Assembly: GCA_963702025.1 (NCBI GenBank)
Contig: OY969699.1
Location: 1,376,001 to 1,440,000 of the forward strand
DNA length: 64,000 nucleotides
Reading direction: 5' to 3'
Origin: an uncultured bacterium
GTDB taxonomy: Bacteria > Babelota > Babeliae > Babelales > Vermiphilaceae
A program made the position numbers and the translations under genes. Under the pieces are notes generated by a model, which worked only from the letters and a program-made list of their open reading frames with translations, ran no database searches and had not been told where the DNA came from. Shown here in pieces: positions 1-10,417 of the stretch. Positions within the stretch are counted from its first letter, which is position 1; the number at the start of each line of letters is the position of its first letter.

Positions 1-2
1 GT

Positions 3-3000
3 AAGCGAAGCATTACCCACAAAACCGGCAGCCGGTGTAAAGGTGAAAGCACCCGTAGCCGTATCAAAGGCAGTTACTGTGCCATGTGCCGTACTCACAA
101 CAAAGAATGTATATGGCGGTGTGCCACCGGTAGTGGTCACCGTACCACTCACCGGTACATTTTCACAGGTTGTTAACGGACTTAGGCTCGTAATAACCGG
201 TGCAGCGTTAATAAGGAATGAAACTATGGCAGTATTACTCACGCACCCAAAGCTATCAGTAGCATCATAATCAAAACTTGCCGGACCGGTATAATTTGGC
301 GTTGGGTTAAAGCTATAAATACCACTCGTATTTACGGTTACCGAGCCATTGACCGGATCAAATACAGAGAATGTATACGGCGGTGTACCAACACTCATTA
401 ATGGATTTAAGTTACCGGTTGCTTTGGTATTTTCGCAGATATTTAATGGACCGGTATTCGCTGCCACCGGTGTTGGATGCACATTTACCGTGCCTGTTGC
501 AATATTGCTCAAGCATGGGGTTGAATCTTCTGCCTGATAGCTAAAGATGCACGACCCAACAAAATCTAGATTCGGCACAAAAACAAAACTTCCATTCGGA
601 TTCACCGTAACGGTGCCGCACGTAGGCGCCGCACCCGTAGCAAAAAACGTATATGGCGGAAAGCCTCCAAAAATAAGATTGGTTAACGTGCCGGTATACG
701 TAGTATTTTCACAAATATTAAATGTTCCGGGCAACAGCGTTGGGCCATCTTCAAAGGTCACTTGTACCGTTGAAACTGCACTTTCACAGGATGGCGTACC
801 TGAGTCCACCACTTGATATTGGAAACTGCATGAACCGACAAAATTCGGATCCGGTATAAAGGTAAATGTTCCATTAGGGTTAACACCTACAATACCACAC
901 GTTGGCATCGGCCCTGTTTCAAAGAAATCGAGTGGCGGCACGCCACCGGTAACAAGTCCGGTTAAGGTATTTATAATGGGGAAATTTTCGCAACCGGTGA
1001 ATGCGCCATTACTTGATTGTGGCCCCGGATTAACACTCATCGAAATAAGACCCGTTGCGAAACAGTTATTCGAATCGTAGGCAGTATACACAAAACTGCC
1101 GCCAGTTACTCCCTTGGAAGGGGTAAAGGTATAAATACCACTTACAGGGTTAACAGTCACGGTACCATTTACGGGGCCCCCAACTGCAAAAGTATACGGT
1201 GGATTTCCGCCGCTCACGAGCGGATCCAATGCACCCGTCACCGGCACCCCACCGCAGGCAAGATTTGCGCCACTTGCCGCAGTCGGTGATGCATTAACGG
1301 TAACATTCTCGGTTCCCGCCGCGGTACAACCGTAAAATGATGTCACAATAAACCCGAAACTACCCGGACCAACCCCGGCCGGTGTAAAGGTAAATAATCC
1401 GCTTGGTTGAATCACCACCGTGCCGTTGACCACTGAACCGTTGCTGACAAAGGTGAATGGCCCCTGCCCGGAAACCAGTCCGTTAAGATTGCCATTAACC
1501 GGACTGCCGGCGCATGCTAAAATAGCACCGGTAGCTACCACCGGCAGCGGATTAACCGTAATGCTAATAGTCTCAATGGCACTTGGACAACTTAATGAGA
1601 TATCAATTACTTCATATTGGAAACTGTCGGGCCCCGAATAACCTGGATTTGGCACATAGGTAAAAGCCCCTGTTGTAGTATTAAGAGTGAGTGTGCCGTT
1701 TGCCGGTAATGTGACGACCATAAAATTGATATTTGGCCCAAATGGTGGTGATATAAGATAATTTTGTAAATTTCCCGTCAAGGTACCGTTGGTACAAACG
1801 CTCAAATTCGCGCCGGTTGCCACCGGTGCGGCTTCAAAATCTATATTAACCGTTGCGCCCGTTGCCCCCGTGCATCCACTGCCACCAACAACATACTGGA
1901 ACGATCCGATACCGGTGAAGAATTGTGAATACGGACTAAATGAGAAGGTACCATCTGCATTTACAATTACCGATCCCCCTGTTGTTCCACCGGTTTGCGC
2001 AAAGGTATAGGGCATCGCGCCACCGCTCACCAGTCCGGTCAAACTGCCGGTAAAGGTGGTGCCTTCACATCCGGTAAACATTCCCGTAGCGGTCACCGGC
2101 GGTGTGGATACAATAATAGTAATTGTTGCAGGAGCCACCGGCGGACAGCCATTTGCATCGGTTACCGAGTAATTAAAACTGGCCACCCCGGTAAAACCAC
2201 TTGTTGGTGTAAAGGTAAAATCACCAGTTGTCGGATCAAAAAACGTAACCATACCATTGACTTGTGAAAGAGGATCGTAGGAGAAGGTATAGGGAAGCAC
2301 GCCACCTGCCGCGGTAACCGTCCCGCTGACCGGCATATCCATACAAGTACCAATCGTTTGCGGGAAGACAATTGGCGCTAAATTAATTTTAACCGTTACC
2401 ATACCCACACCGGTACAATTTGGCGGTGTGTTATCCGTAGCTTCATACTCAAAAGTACATATACCAACACCGGTAGGCGCGGTGTAGGAATAGGTGCCAT
2501 CAGGATTTACGGTAACGCTACCGCATGTCGCAACGCCATACTCGCTAAACGTATAGCTGCCCGATCCACCGGTAACAAATGGCACCAAAGTACCCGTAAC
2601 ATTTGATCCGGCGCAACCGGCAATGGTGGCATTGGAAGCGACCGGATTCTGTACATAAGGTATTACCCAGATACCCGAGGGGCTTGCAGGACAAAATTGT
2701 GGTAAGCCGGGACCTGTTGCATTTACATTGTATTGAAATTCTGCATCTCCGGTAAATCCGGGAGTTGGCGTGAAAGTAAAAGTACCAAGCGTTGCATCAT
2801 CAACCATCACTATTCCACCCGTTGCATTGCCCATTGAATAATAATAGGGCCCGGTGGTACCAAGAACTCCACCCGCTATGAAAGAATTCACCGTGGTTCC
2901 TTCGCACGCCGTTGCGCCGGTACCATTGGTTACAATTGCGCGATTATTTACTAAAATAACGGGCTGAAAAAGCACGTCGCAAAGGCCGATGCTAACTCCT

Positions 3001-3584
3001 GTTGGCAACCAGGTTTGCAGTCCAGCTGCCGTAGCTAGAACATTATACGTATAAGTATAGGGAACACCTGGTAATATAACTCCTGTTCCCGCAGGAATAG
3101 TTAACTGACCCTGACCAGAACTCGCCGGTCCACCGCCACCACCTGTAGAACCACAATGCTGCATACCATCCGCCGCTAGATAGGTTCCCCCGGTTATTGG
3201 AGGGTTGGGACCTGTTTGTTCGAATATCGTACAAAACGGCGGATTTAGACAGAGACTTAACCCCGGACAGGTGGTGCCGGCAACGGTTGGATTTGGTGCA
3301 AAATCTTGAACAATTATACCGCCGTCACCATAGCTTTGGGTTACGGTGATGGTTAAAATAACTGTGAATGTATCACCCACACATACACATGATGGATAGC
3401 TTAAGGTATAGGTTGCAGCGCCAAAGGTATTTGATAAAGTGCAGGTATTACAATTAACCGTACATGTTGTTACCGCAGAAAAAGTCTTTTGCTGAACACC
3501 CACAAAGGAAAATAACATAAGCGCGAGACCGGCAGCGTGCCAAAAAGTTGATTTAAAAAATGTCCTTAGGTTTGTTTGCTTCAT
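3..3584 (-). CDS. Giant Cys/Thr/Gly-rich secreted surface protein: DUF11-like N-terminal domain plus tandem ~90-aa Ig-like (Big_9/cadherin-like) repeats; partial, continues past the left edge
   Basis: ATG at 3584 follows an AAAGGA RBS. Translates MKQTNLRTFFKSTFWHAAGLALMLFSFVGVQQKTFSAVTTCTVNC... and stays open to the window edge (...TFTPAAGFVGNASL). Recurrent GG.PPYTF...G.V.VNP.G.F.F.P...F.G motif. Not in the ORF track because there is no stop in the window. Confidence 0.9.
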   Translation of the reverse strand, partial: MKQTNLRTFFKSTFWHAAGLALMLFSFVGVQQKTFSAVTTCTVNCNTCTLSNTFGAATYTLSYPSCVCVGDTFTVILTITVTQSYGDGGIIVQDFAPNPTVAGTTCPGLSLCLNPPFCTIFEQTGPNPPITGGTYLAADGMQHCGSTGGGGGPASSGQGQLTIPAGTGVILPGVPYTYTYNVLATAAGLQTWLPTGVSIGLCDVLFQPVILVNNRAIVTNGTGATACEGTTVNSFIAGGVLGTTGPYYYSMGNATGGIVMVDDATLGTFTFTPTPGFTGDAEFQYNVNATGPGLPQFCPASPSGIWVIPYVQNPVASNATIAGCAGSNVTGTLVPFVTGGSGSYTFSEYGVATCGSVTVNPDGTYSYTAPTGVGICTFEYEATDNTPPNCTGVGMVTVKINLAPIVFPQTIGTCMDMPVSGTVTAAGGVLPYTFSYDPLSQVNGMVTFFDPTTGDFTFTPTSGFTGVASFNYSVTDANGCPPVAPATITIIVSTPPVTATGMFTGCEGTTFTGSLTGLVSGGAMPYTFAQTGGTTGGSVIVNADGTFSFSPYSQFFTGIGSFQYVVGGSGCTGATGATVNIDFEAAPVATGANLSVCTNGTLTGNLQNYLISPPFGPNINFMVVTLPANGTLTLNTTTGAFTYVPNPGYSGPDSFQYEVIDISLSCPSAIETISITVNPLPVVATGAILACAGSPVNGNLNGLVSGQGPFTFVSNGSVVNGTVVIQPSGLFTFTPAGVGPGSFGFIVTSFYGCTAAGTENVTVNASPTAASGANLACGGVPVTGALDPLVSGGNPPYTFAVGGPVNGTVTVNPVSGIYTFTPSKGVTGGSFVYTAYDSNNCFATGLISMSVNPGPQSSNGAFTGCENFPIINTLTGLVTGGVPPLDFFETGPMPTCGIVGVNPNGTFTFIPDPNFVGSCSFQYQVVDSGTPSCESAVSTVQVTFEDGPTLLPGTFNICENTTYTGTLTNLIFGGFPPYTFFATGAAPTCGTVTVNPNGSFVFVPNLDFVGSCIFSYQAEDSTPCLSNIATGTVNVHPTPVAANTGPLNICENTKATGNLNPLMSVGTPPYTFSVFDPVNGSVTVNTSGIYSFNPTPNYTGPASFDYDATDSFGCVSNTAIVSFLINAAPVITSLSPLTTCENVPVSGTVTTTGGTPPYTFFVVSTAHGTVTAFDTATGAFTFTPAAGFVGNASL

Positions 3585-3601
3585 ACGCGTTCCTTTTTTA
3601 A

Positions 3602-6600
3602 TTATTTCACATCAACAGATATACTCAGTTTACCCGGCAAACTCTGCGCTTTCTTTGCGTCAATAGCAACATAGTTAATCGCTGCTTCACCCACAAATTG
3701 CATGTCAGGGCCAAAGTGATAAATACCATCTTGAGAGATAGATATTTTAGAGCCATTCACTGAATTACCAACTTTTTCAAACGTATATGGTGGATTGCCT
3801 CCAGTTATCATTTCCAAGAGCGATCCAATTACTTCTGATCCTTTTGGAACTTTCAATTGCGTATCACTGACCTGCGGCCTTCCATGCACAGTCACCTGTA
3901 CTTGGCCAGTTTTACTCACCGACTTTTTCATATCCGTAACATTATAGTTGAATGCTGTTTTACCTACAAAATTAGTTGCTGGCATGAATTGATACGTTCC
4001 GCATGGGTTCATAAAGAGGGTTCCGTCTTTCGGTTCACCCATTTTTTGGAAACTATACGGCGGATAGCCTCCCAACACTGATGGTGTTAATGAGCCCACT
4101 AACATTTGCCCTTGAGAAATTTCTTGCTCTCCATTCATCACATGCGGCTTTTCATGAACCGTGATTACAAGAGCACCCTCGGCACTCTTTAATTTTCTTG
4201 CGTCTATCGCAATATACTTAGCTATCGTTGTGCCTACAAAATCTTTATGGGGGCTGAATTGATACGAACCATCAGGATTTATTGTGAGAGAACCTTCACC
4301 ACAATCACTTATCTTTTGGAATGTATAAGGCGGTTGACCCCCTTTAATTAACCCCTTTAATGACCCGGTTAATTGTTCACCCTGAGAAATACTCACTTCT
4401 TTATCATGTGCTCTCGGTTTCTCATTTACTGTTATAAATATTGTTCCCCGTTTGCTTCTTGATCCTTTAGAATCAATAGCAACATAATTACATTTTATTC
4501 TGCCGGCAAAATTTGAACTTGATTTACAATGGTACGAACCATCTTCATTTATCACAACAGGATTTTCTCTTGCATCATTCACTTTTTCAAAAACATATGG
4601 CGGAGTGCCACCGTCAACCATATCCTGCAAAGATCCTGATACTTCTTGCCCTTGGCAAACTTCATAGTTAACATTATTTGCACATGGACGTTCAATAACC
4701 GCTACTGAAACTTCGCCAATTTTGCTTGTTAGCTTTTTCATGTCGGTAACTTGGTAATCGAAATGGGCCATGCCCACAAAATTATCAGCCGGAACAAACT
4801 GATACGAGCCACAGGGGTCAATTGTCAAGGTACCATTTTTTGGTTCGCCTACTTTTTGGAAGTTATATGGTGGGTAACCGCCCATAACAAATGGAGTTAA
4901 TGAACCTACCAGTGCATTGCCCTGAGAAATTTCTTGCTCTAAAATCATCAAACGTGGTTTTTCAAGAACCGTTATTGCAACGGCACCCTCTGCACTCATT
5001 ATTTTTTTGGCATCCACCGCACTATACTTAAATTCTGTTGTGCCTACAAAATCCTCGTGCGGGGTAAATTCATATGAGCCATCGGTTTTAATTTCTAACG
5101 ATCCATTTTCCGGATCGCCAATTTTTTGGAACGTGAATGGTTGCTGACCCGCTTGTATCAACTTATTGAGCGACCCTGACAATTTTTCGCCTTGTGCAAC
5201 TATTAACTGTGCAGGAATTGTATGCAGCTTTTCGTGAACCGTGATTTCAAGAACCCCTTCCAAACTTTTTGCCTTCTTGGCATCAATAACCGCATATCGG
5301 CAAAAAGCTTTTCCGGTAAATTCCGGATTTGGAATAAAATGATATGTTCCGTCAGGGTTAATCACTAATGAACCATTCTCGGGATCGCCAGCTTTTTCGA
5401 ATATATATGGCTTATGACCACCATCGACTAAAGCAACTAATGATCCTGACAATTCTTGTCCTCGCATCATCTCAACTTTTTCGCTCGAGACACGCGGCTT
5501 TTCATGCACCACAACGGTTACTTGCGAAGCTTTGCTCACCGAATTTTTAATATCAGTTACGTTACAGTTGAATGTTGTTTTACCAGCAAAATTTTGGGCC
5601 GGTACAAATTGGTAGGTACCACATGGATTTATAATCAGGTTTCCATCTTTTGGTTCATCAGTCTTTTGGAAAATGTAAGGTGGGTTGCCTCCCATAACAA
5701 GTGGAGTTAAGGAACCCACCAGCGCTTGCCCTTGTGCAATTTCTTGCTCAAAATTAATTAAACTTGGCTTCTCATTGACAGTTATACAGATTTCCCCTTC
5801 CGCACTTTTATGTTTCTTTGCGTCAATTGCAACGTAGCGGCAAGTAATTGTACCAACAAAACTAGGATTGCATGAAAATCTATATGAACCATCTGCACTA
5901 ATAAAGAAACCATCTTTTCCGTCACCTTTTTTTTCAAAAGCATATGGAGGATTGCCTCCCGTAACAAACATGGCTAATGATCCGGCCAGATCTTTACCCT
6001 GAACAACTTCTAACTTGATGTCTTTAACGCGAGGGCATTCATAAACCGTTATAGTAATAGAGCCTTGCATGCTCTTTGATTTCTTGGCATCAATAACCAT
6101 ATAGCTACATTCTGCCGTACCCACAAAATCGGAATCCGGCATACATTGATATGAACCGTCTTCATGTATAATAAACGGGTATTCTTTTGAATCATTCACT
6201 TTCATAAAGGTATAGGGTGGGCATCCCCCTGCTGCTAATTTTTGCAATGAACCGGATAATTGCTGGCCCTTGCCGATATTTAACTCAAGATTCTTTATCT
6301 GCGGTCTTTCATGAACTGTAACATTCACCTGAGCATTTTTCGAGATAGATTTGGCAATATCAGTAATGTTATAGTTGAATTTCGTTTTGCCGGCAAAATG
6401 AGCGGCGGGTATAAATTGATAAAACCCACAAGGACTCATTATCAGACTTCCCTCTTTTGGCTCTTCTGCTTTTTCGAAGATATATGGCGGATTACCACCC
6501 ATAACAAACGGTGTTAATGAGCCCATAAGTGCATCACCTTGCAAAATTTCATGTTCTATACTGTTTGCCTGTGGTTTTTCATTAACCGTTATCCAAATAG

Positions 6601-9600
6601 TCGCCTTAAAGCTTTGTGTTTTTCGTGCGTCAACTACAACGTATTTGGCTTGCGTTGTGCCGATAAAATCTGCCCGTGGAATAAATTGATACGACCCATC
6701 GGGGTTGATGGTTAATGAACCATCAACAGAATCATCAACTTTTTGGAAATAATAGGGTGGCTGGCCCCCTTGTATAAACGCTTTTAATGATCCAGTTAAT
6801 TGTTCGCCCTGAGAAATAGTTAATTTCGCATTGCGCGCTCGTGGCTTTTCATTAACCGTTATAAAGAGCGTTCCCCATTTGCTTATTGATCCTTTAGAAT
6901 CGATAGCAACATAATTACATTTTATTCTACCGATAAAATCAAAATGTGGTTTACAATAATATGAACCATCCTCAAGTATCACAACAGGATTTTCTCTCGC
7001 ATCATTCACTTTTTCAAAAATATAAGGCGGATTGCCCCCGTCAACCAGATCCTGTAAAGATCCTGATACCTCTTGACCTTGGCAAACTTCAAATGCAACG
7101 TTATGTGCCCGTGGTCGTTCATTGACCGTTATTGAAACATGACCGGTTTTACTTAATGACTTTTTAATGTCAGTGACTTCATAAGTGAATTTAGTATCGC
7201 CAACAAAATCTTGCCCCGGCACAAATTGATAGGTACCACATGGATCAATTGTTAATGTCCCAACTTTTGGTTCACCCACCTTTTGGAAAATGTATGGCGG
7301 ATAGCCACCGGTCACCAGTGGGGTAAGCGAGCCCGTTAATGCATTTCCTTGAGCAATTTCTTGCTCACAAGAGATAATACGTGGTTTTTCATTAACCGTA
7401 ACTGCGACTCTACCGGCCACACTTTTTGTACCTTTTGCATCGATCACCAGATATTTAAATTCGGTTTCACCTACAAAATCATCATGCGGCACAAATTCAT
7501 ATGAACCGTCAGAATTTATAGTTAATGATCCATTTTCAATATCGTCTATTTTTTTGAATGTGTAGGGAGGATTACCACCACTTACTAATTTCTGTAATGA
7601 TCCGCATAATTTTTCTCCTTGAGCAACACCTTGCACAACTTTTGACGCACGCGGCTTTTCATTAACAGTAATAAAACACGTGCCGGAATTACTCTTGGTT
7701 CCATGAACATCTTTTACGCCGTATTTAAAGCTGAACTCTCCAAGGAAATCTTGCTGTGGTGTGCAAATAAATGTTCCATCGTCATTGATTAAAATGAGCG
7801 CGTTCTTATTGTTTTGATCGATTTCAAAGGTATAAGGAGCAATGCCGCCGGATAATGATTCACGCAGGGAACCTGCAATGATATCTCCTTGACCAATCGT
7901 AAAGGATAAATCAGAAACTTTCGGTTCTTCTTTAACAATTATTTCAAGCGTGCCGGTCATCTTCGATTGCTGAGAATCTACAATGCTCATAGGTACCTTT
8001 ACGATGCCAACAAAATTAGATGGGGGCATCAAAAGGCATGACCCATCTTGATTAATTTTTATATCACCATTTTCAACAGGCCCCGCAAGTTCAAAATGAT
8101 ATGGCGAACGATCTTGGGCAATCAAAGGCACTAAGCTACCTTCAAATGGCTTACCTTTTAGTGTCCAAAGATTTTCCGGAGCACAGCATGGCGTCTGATG
8201 AACGGTAATGGTTGCGGTGATTGGATCACTTATTCCTTTATGACTATCGGTAATAGTATACTGCATCCGAGCCTCGCCCTTAAATTGGTCTGCAGGCGTA
8301 AAAAGAAATGAACCATTTTTATTAAGCTCTATCTGGCCACCTTCTATGCCAATAAGATTAAATTCAAATGGCGGCTCTCCAATAATAGTAGTATTCTTCA
8401 AATCGGCATTTAGTGTTGTGGCGTACCCCGTTTCAAAATGAACACCATCAGACTCAGGACGGCGGTGAATTATGATTTCCATAGTACTTATGGTGCTGCA
8501 ATTGGTTACTTCATCAGTTACTTCAACAACCATTTTACCTTTACCATAAGGGATTAATGGCTTAAAGACAAATGAATTATCCGCATACACTATCACGTCA
8601 CCATGTTCGCACGATAATACTTTAACACGATAATTGCCCGAAGCACCCTGCGCTTGCAAATAACTGTATATCGGATCTAAGCCAACGGTTTGCCATACCT
8701 GATTCTTCAACTGTGGATGTTGATCAATATGAAGTACAATCGGAGCTGACTGCACATTAACATTACCATTTTTGTATGTCTCTACGGCCATTATTTGGCG
8801 ATAACCACTTTTAAGAGCAGGCAAGGTATAACTCCATTCACCATTTATCGCATTTGAAACCGTACCACCAACGTAATTACCGTCAACAAGAATGTGAACA
8901 AATGCCTTATTTTGAGCCATTCCCTTAAGCAAAATAGCGCTACCGTTAATAAAACGGCTGCTATCATCGGGACAAATTATCATTGGTGACTGCAATTGGC
9001 CCCCGCGGCAGGCATAACGAGCGAGTGCAAATGCCGGGCGTATATTTGCCAATGTTCTACCCGCTGCAATTATAGTACCATCCTGATGTATTCCCATGCC
9101 GAATATTTCGTCTTCCACACTATTATTAAACTTCGTTCGCACGGTGCCTACAACCGTATCGTTACTGTCGCTAAAAGAACTATCCAAGGCTCCGTTATCA
9201 TCATAGCGAGCAATAGCAAACATCGATTTATCATTTAGCATTGTGCTGCCACCTGCTACTATTTTTCCATCAGCCTGGAGCACAAGCGCGTTAACATGCC
9301 CACCATTCTCTTGTGATCCGAAACTGGTTATAACCGTACCGGGAATCGTTGCCAGCCCATTTCCCCCAAAACTTTGATCAAGTAAACCACATTGATCATA
9401 CCGTGCAAGCGCAAAGCGGCTTTTTCTAGCAAAATTATTACTATCGCTATAGCCACCAACTACAATTTTTCCATCCGGTTGTATAACCAAAGCATTGGCA
9501 CCACATTCTCTTTCTCCCGATCCAAATACTGTCAAAACAACCCCATGCACACGGGAATGAGCCACATCATACAATGAATTATCTAATTTTCCGTCCGGCA

Positions 9601-10393
9601 TATAACGCGCAAGTGCGCATGTCTTGTAACCCAAAGCATATGATGAACCGGCAATAACAATTTTGCCATCAGGTTGTATAGCAATCGCATTCGCCCTATC
9701 ATCTTGGAGTGCTCCCTTGCCTAAGCTCATGCAGAGAGTGCCCGGAATAGAATCAACACCGGATTCATTAAAGCTTGAGTCTAATGATCCATCTTGACTA
9801 TAACGTCCAAGCGCAACAAATACAGAATCGCGTACTGCAACAAATCCTGCTGCTACAATTTTGCCATCGGATTGCAACGCCATCCCATTTATCTGACTTG
9901 CTTTTTCATCTTTATAAAAAGCTGTTATTACTGTACCCGGGATAATCCCTCTATCGCCAAAAAATGATTCATCCAATGAACCATCTACATTGTAACGGGC
10001 AAGGCACCAACGAAACGTATCACGAATAACATTAGTAAAGCCTCCGGCAAGTATTTTGCCATCGGGCTGTATTACTATTGCATGAGCACCGCTTATTTTT
10101 TCTCCGGCACCAAATTTAGTAGTAACTAAACCGCCGTTACCAAATGTTTCATCAAGGGAACCGTCAACATTAAAACGTGCTACCGCAAAACGATTATGAC
10201 CATCAATAGTGCTGTAACCGGCAACAACAGCCTTACCATCGGCTTGAACAGCCATCGCTTTAGCCGTTGAACTTTGGCCCGCAATCACGGTATCGGCAGC
10301 ATGAAATACTTTAGCAAGACTTCCATCACTAATGGCCCATACTGCCTGTGTAACTAATAAAAAACAATAAACAATCTTTCCAAAGCTTTTCAT
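3602..10393 (-). CDS. 2263-aa secreted adhesin-like protein: 7 delta-60 repeats (beta-propeller), an Ig linker and ~19 tandem Ig-like repeats
   Basis: Signal peptide; seven Q.DGKI..AG / ARY..DG.LD.SF repeats; then ~90-aa GSL...GG.PPY.F...DG.Y.F.P...F.G repeats. Confidence 0.9.
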   Translation of the reverse strand: MKSFGKIVYCFLLVTQAVWAISDGSLAKVFHAADTVIAGQSSTAKAMAVQADGKAVVAGYSTIDGHNRFAVARFNVDGSLDETFGNGGLVTTKFGAGEKISGAHAIVIQPDGKILAGGFTNVIRDTFRWCLARYNVDGSLDESFFGDRGIIPGTVITAFYKDEKASQINGMALQSDGKIVAAGFVAVRDSVFVALGRYSQDGSLDSSFNESGVDSIPGTLCMSLGKGALQDDRANAIAIQPDGKIVIAGSSYALGYKTCALARYMPDGKLDNSLYDVAHSRVHGVVLTVFGSGERECGANALVIQPDGKIVVGGYSDSNNFARKSRFALARYDQCGLLDQSFGGNGLATIPGTVITSFGSQENGGHVNALVLQADGKIVAGGSTMLNDKSMFAIARYDDNGALDSSFSDSNDTVVGTVRTKFNNSVEDEIFGMGIHQDGTIIAAGRTLANIRPAFALARYACRGGQLQSPMIICPDDSSRFINGSAILLKGMAQNKAFVHILVDGNYVGGTVSNAINGEWSYTLPALKSGYRQIMAVETYKNGNVNVQSAPIVLHIDQHPQLKNQVWQTVGLDPIYSYLQAQGASGNYRVKVLSCEHGDVIVYADNSFVFKPLIPYGKGKMVVEVTDEVTNCSTISTMEIIIHRRPESDGVHFETGYATTLNADLKNTTIIGEPPFEFNLIGIEGGQIELNKNGSFLFTPADQFKGEARMQYTITDSHKGISDPITATITVHQTPCCAPENLWTLKGKPFEGSLVPLIAQDRSPYHFELAGPVENGDIKINQDGSCLLMPPSNFVGIVKVPMSIVDSQQSKMTGTLEIIVKEEPKVSDLSFTIGQGDIIAGSLRESLSGGIAPYTFEIDQNNKNALILINDDGTFICTPQQDFLGEFSFKYGVKDVHGTKSNSGTCFITVNEKPRASKVVQGVAQGEKLCGSLQKLVSGGNPPYTFKKIDDIENGSLTINSDGSYEFVPHDDFVGETEFKYLVIDAKGTKSVAGRVAVTVNEKPRIISCEQEIAQGNALTGSLTPLVTGGYPPYIFQKVGEPKVGTLTIDPCGTYQFVPGQDFVGDTKFTYEVTDIKKSLSKTGHVSITVNERPRAHNVAFEVCQGQEVSGSLQDLVDGGNPPYIFEKVNDARENPVVILEDGSYYCKPHFDFIGRIKCNYVAIDSKGSISKWGTLFITVNEKPRARNAKLTISQGEQLTGSLKAFIQGGQPPYYFQKVDDSVDGSLTINPDGSYQFIPRADFIGTTQAKYVVVDARKTQSFKATIWITVNEKPQANSIEHEILQGDALMGSLTPFVMGGNPPYIFEKAEEPKEGSLIMSPCGFYQFIPAAHFAGKTKFNYNITDIAKSISKNAQVNVTVHERPQIKNLELNIGKGQQLSGSLQKLAAGGCPPYTFMKVNDSKEYPFIIHEDGSYQCMPDSDFVGTAECSYMVIDAKKSKSMQGSITITVYECPRVKDIKLEVVQGKDLAGSLAMFVTGGNPPYAFEKKGDGKDGFFISADGSYRFSCNPSFVGTITCRYVAIDAKKHKSAEGEICITVNEKPSLINFEQEIAQGQALVGSLTPLVMGGNPPYIFQKTDEPKDGNLIINPCGTYQFVPAQNFAGKTTFNCNVTDIKNSVSKASQVTVVVHEKPRVSSEKVEMMRGQELSGSLVALVDGGHKPYIFEKAGDPENGSLVINPDGTYHFIPNPEFTGKAFCRYAVIDAKKAKSLEGVLEITVHEKLHTIPAQLIVAQGEKLSGSLNKLIQAGQQPFTFQKIGDPENGSLEIKTDGSYEFTPHEDFVGTTEFKYSAVDAKKIMSAEGAVAITVLEKPRLMILEQEISQGNALVGSLTPFVMGGYPPYNFQKVGEPKNGTLTIDPCGSYQFVPADNFVGMAHFDYQVTDMKKLTSKIGEVSVAVIERPCANNVNYEVCQGQEVSGSLQDMVDGGTPPYVFEKVNDARENPVVINEDGSYHCKSSSNFAGRIKCNYVAIDSKGSRSKRGTIFITVNEKPRAHDKEVSISQGEQLTGSLKGLIKGGQPPYTFQKISDCGEGSLTINPDGSYQFSPHKDFVGTTIAKYIAIDARKLKSAEGALVITVHEKPHVMNGEQEISQGQMLVGSLTPSVLGGYPPYSFQKMGEPKDGTLFMNPCGTYQFMPATNFVGKTAFNYNVTDMKKSVSKTGQVQVTVHGRPQVSDTQLKVPKGSEVIGSLLEMITGGNPPYTFEKVGNSVNGSKISISQDGIYHFGPDMQFVGEAAINYVAIDAKKAQSLPGKLSISVDVK

Positions 10394-10417
10394 GCTATTT
10401 CCCCTTGATTTTTATAA

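Noticed and set aside
43..3234. Short plus-strand and off-frame ORFs in the ORF track
   Set aside because: They are shadows of the long minus-strand ORF (3-3584), which the track omits because it has no stop in the window
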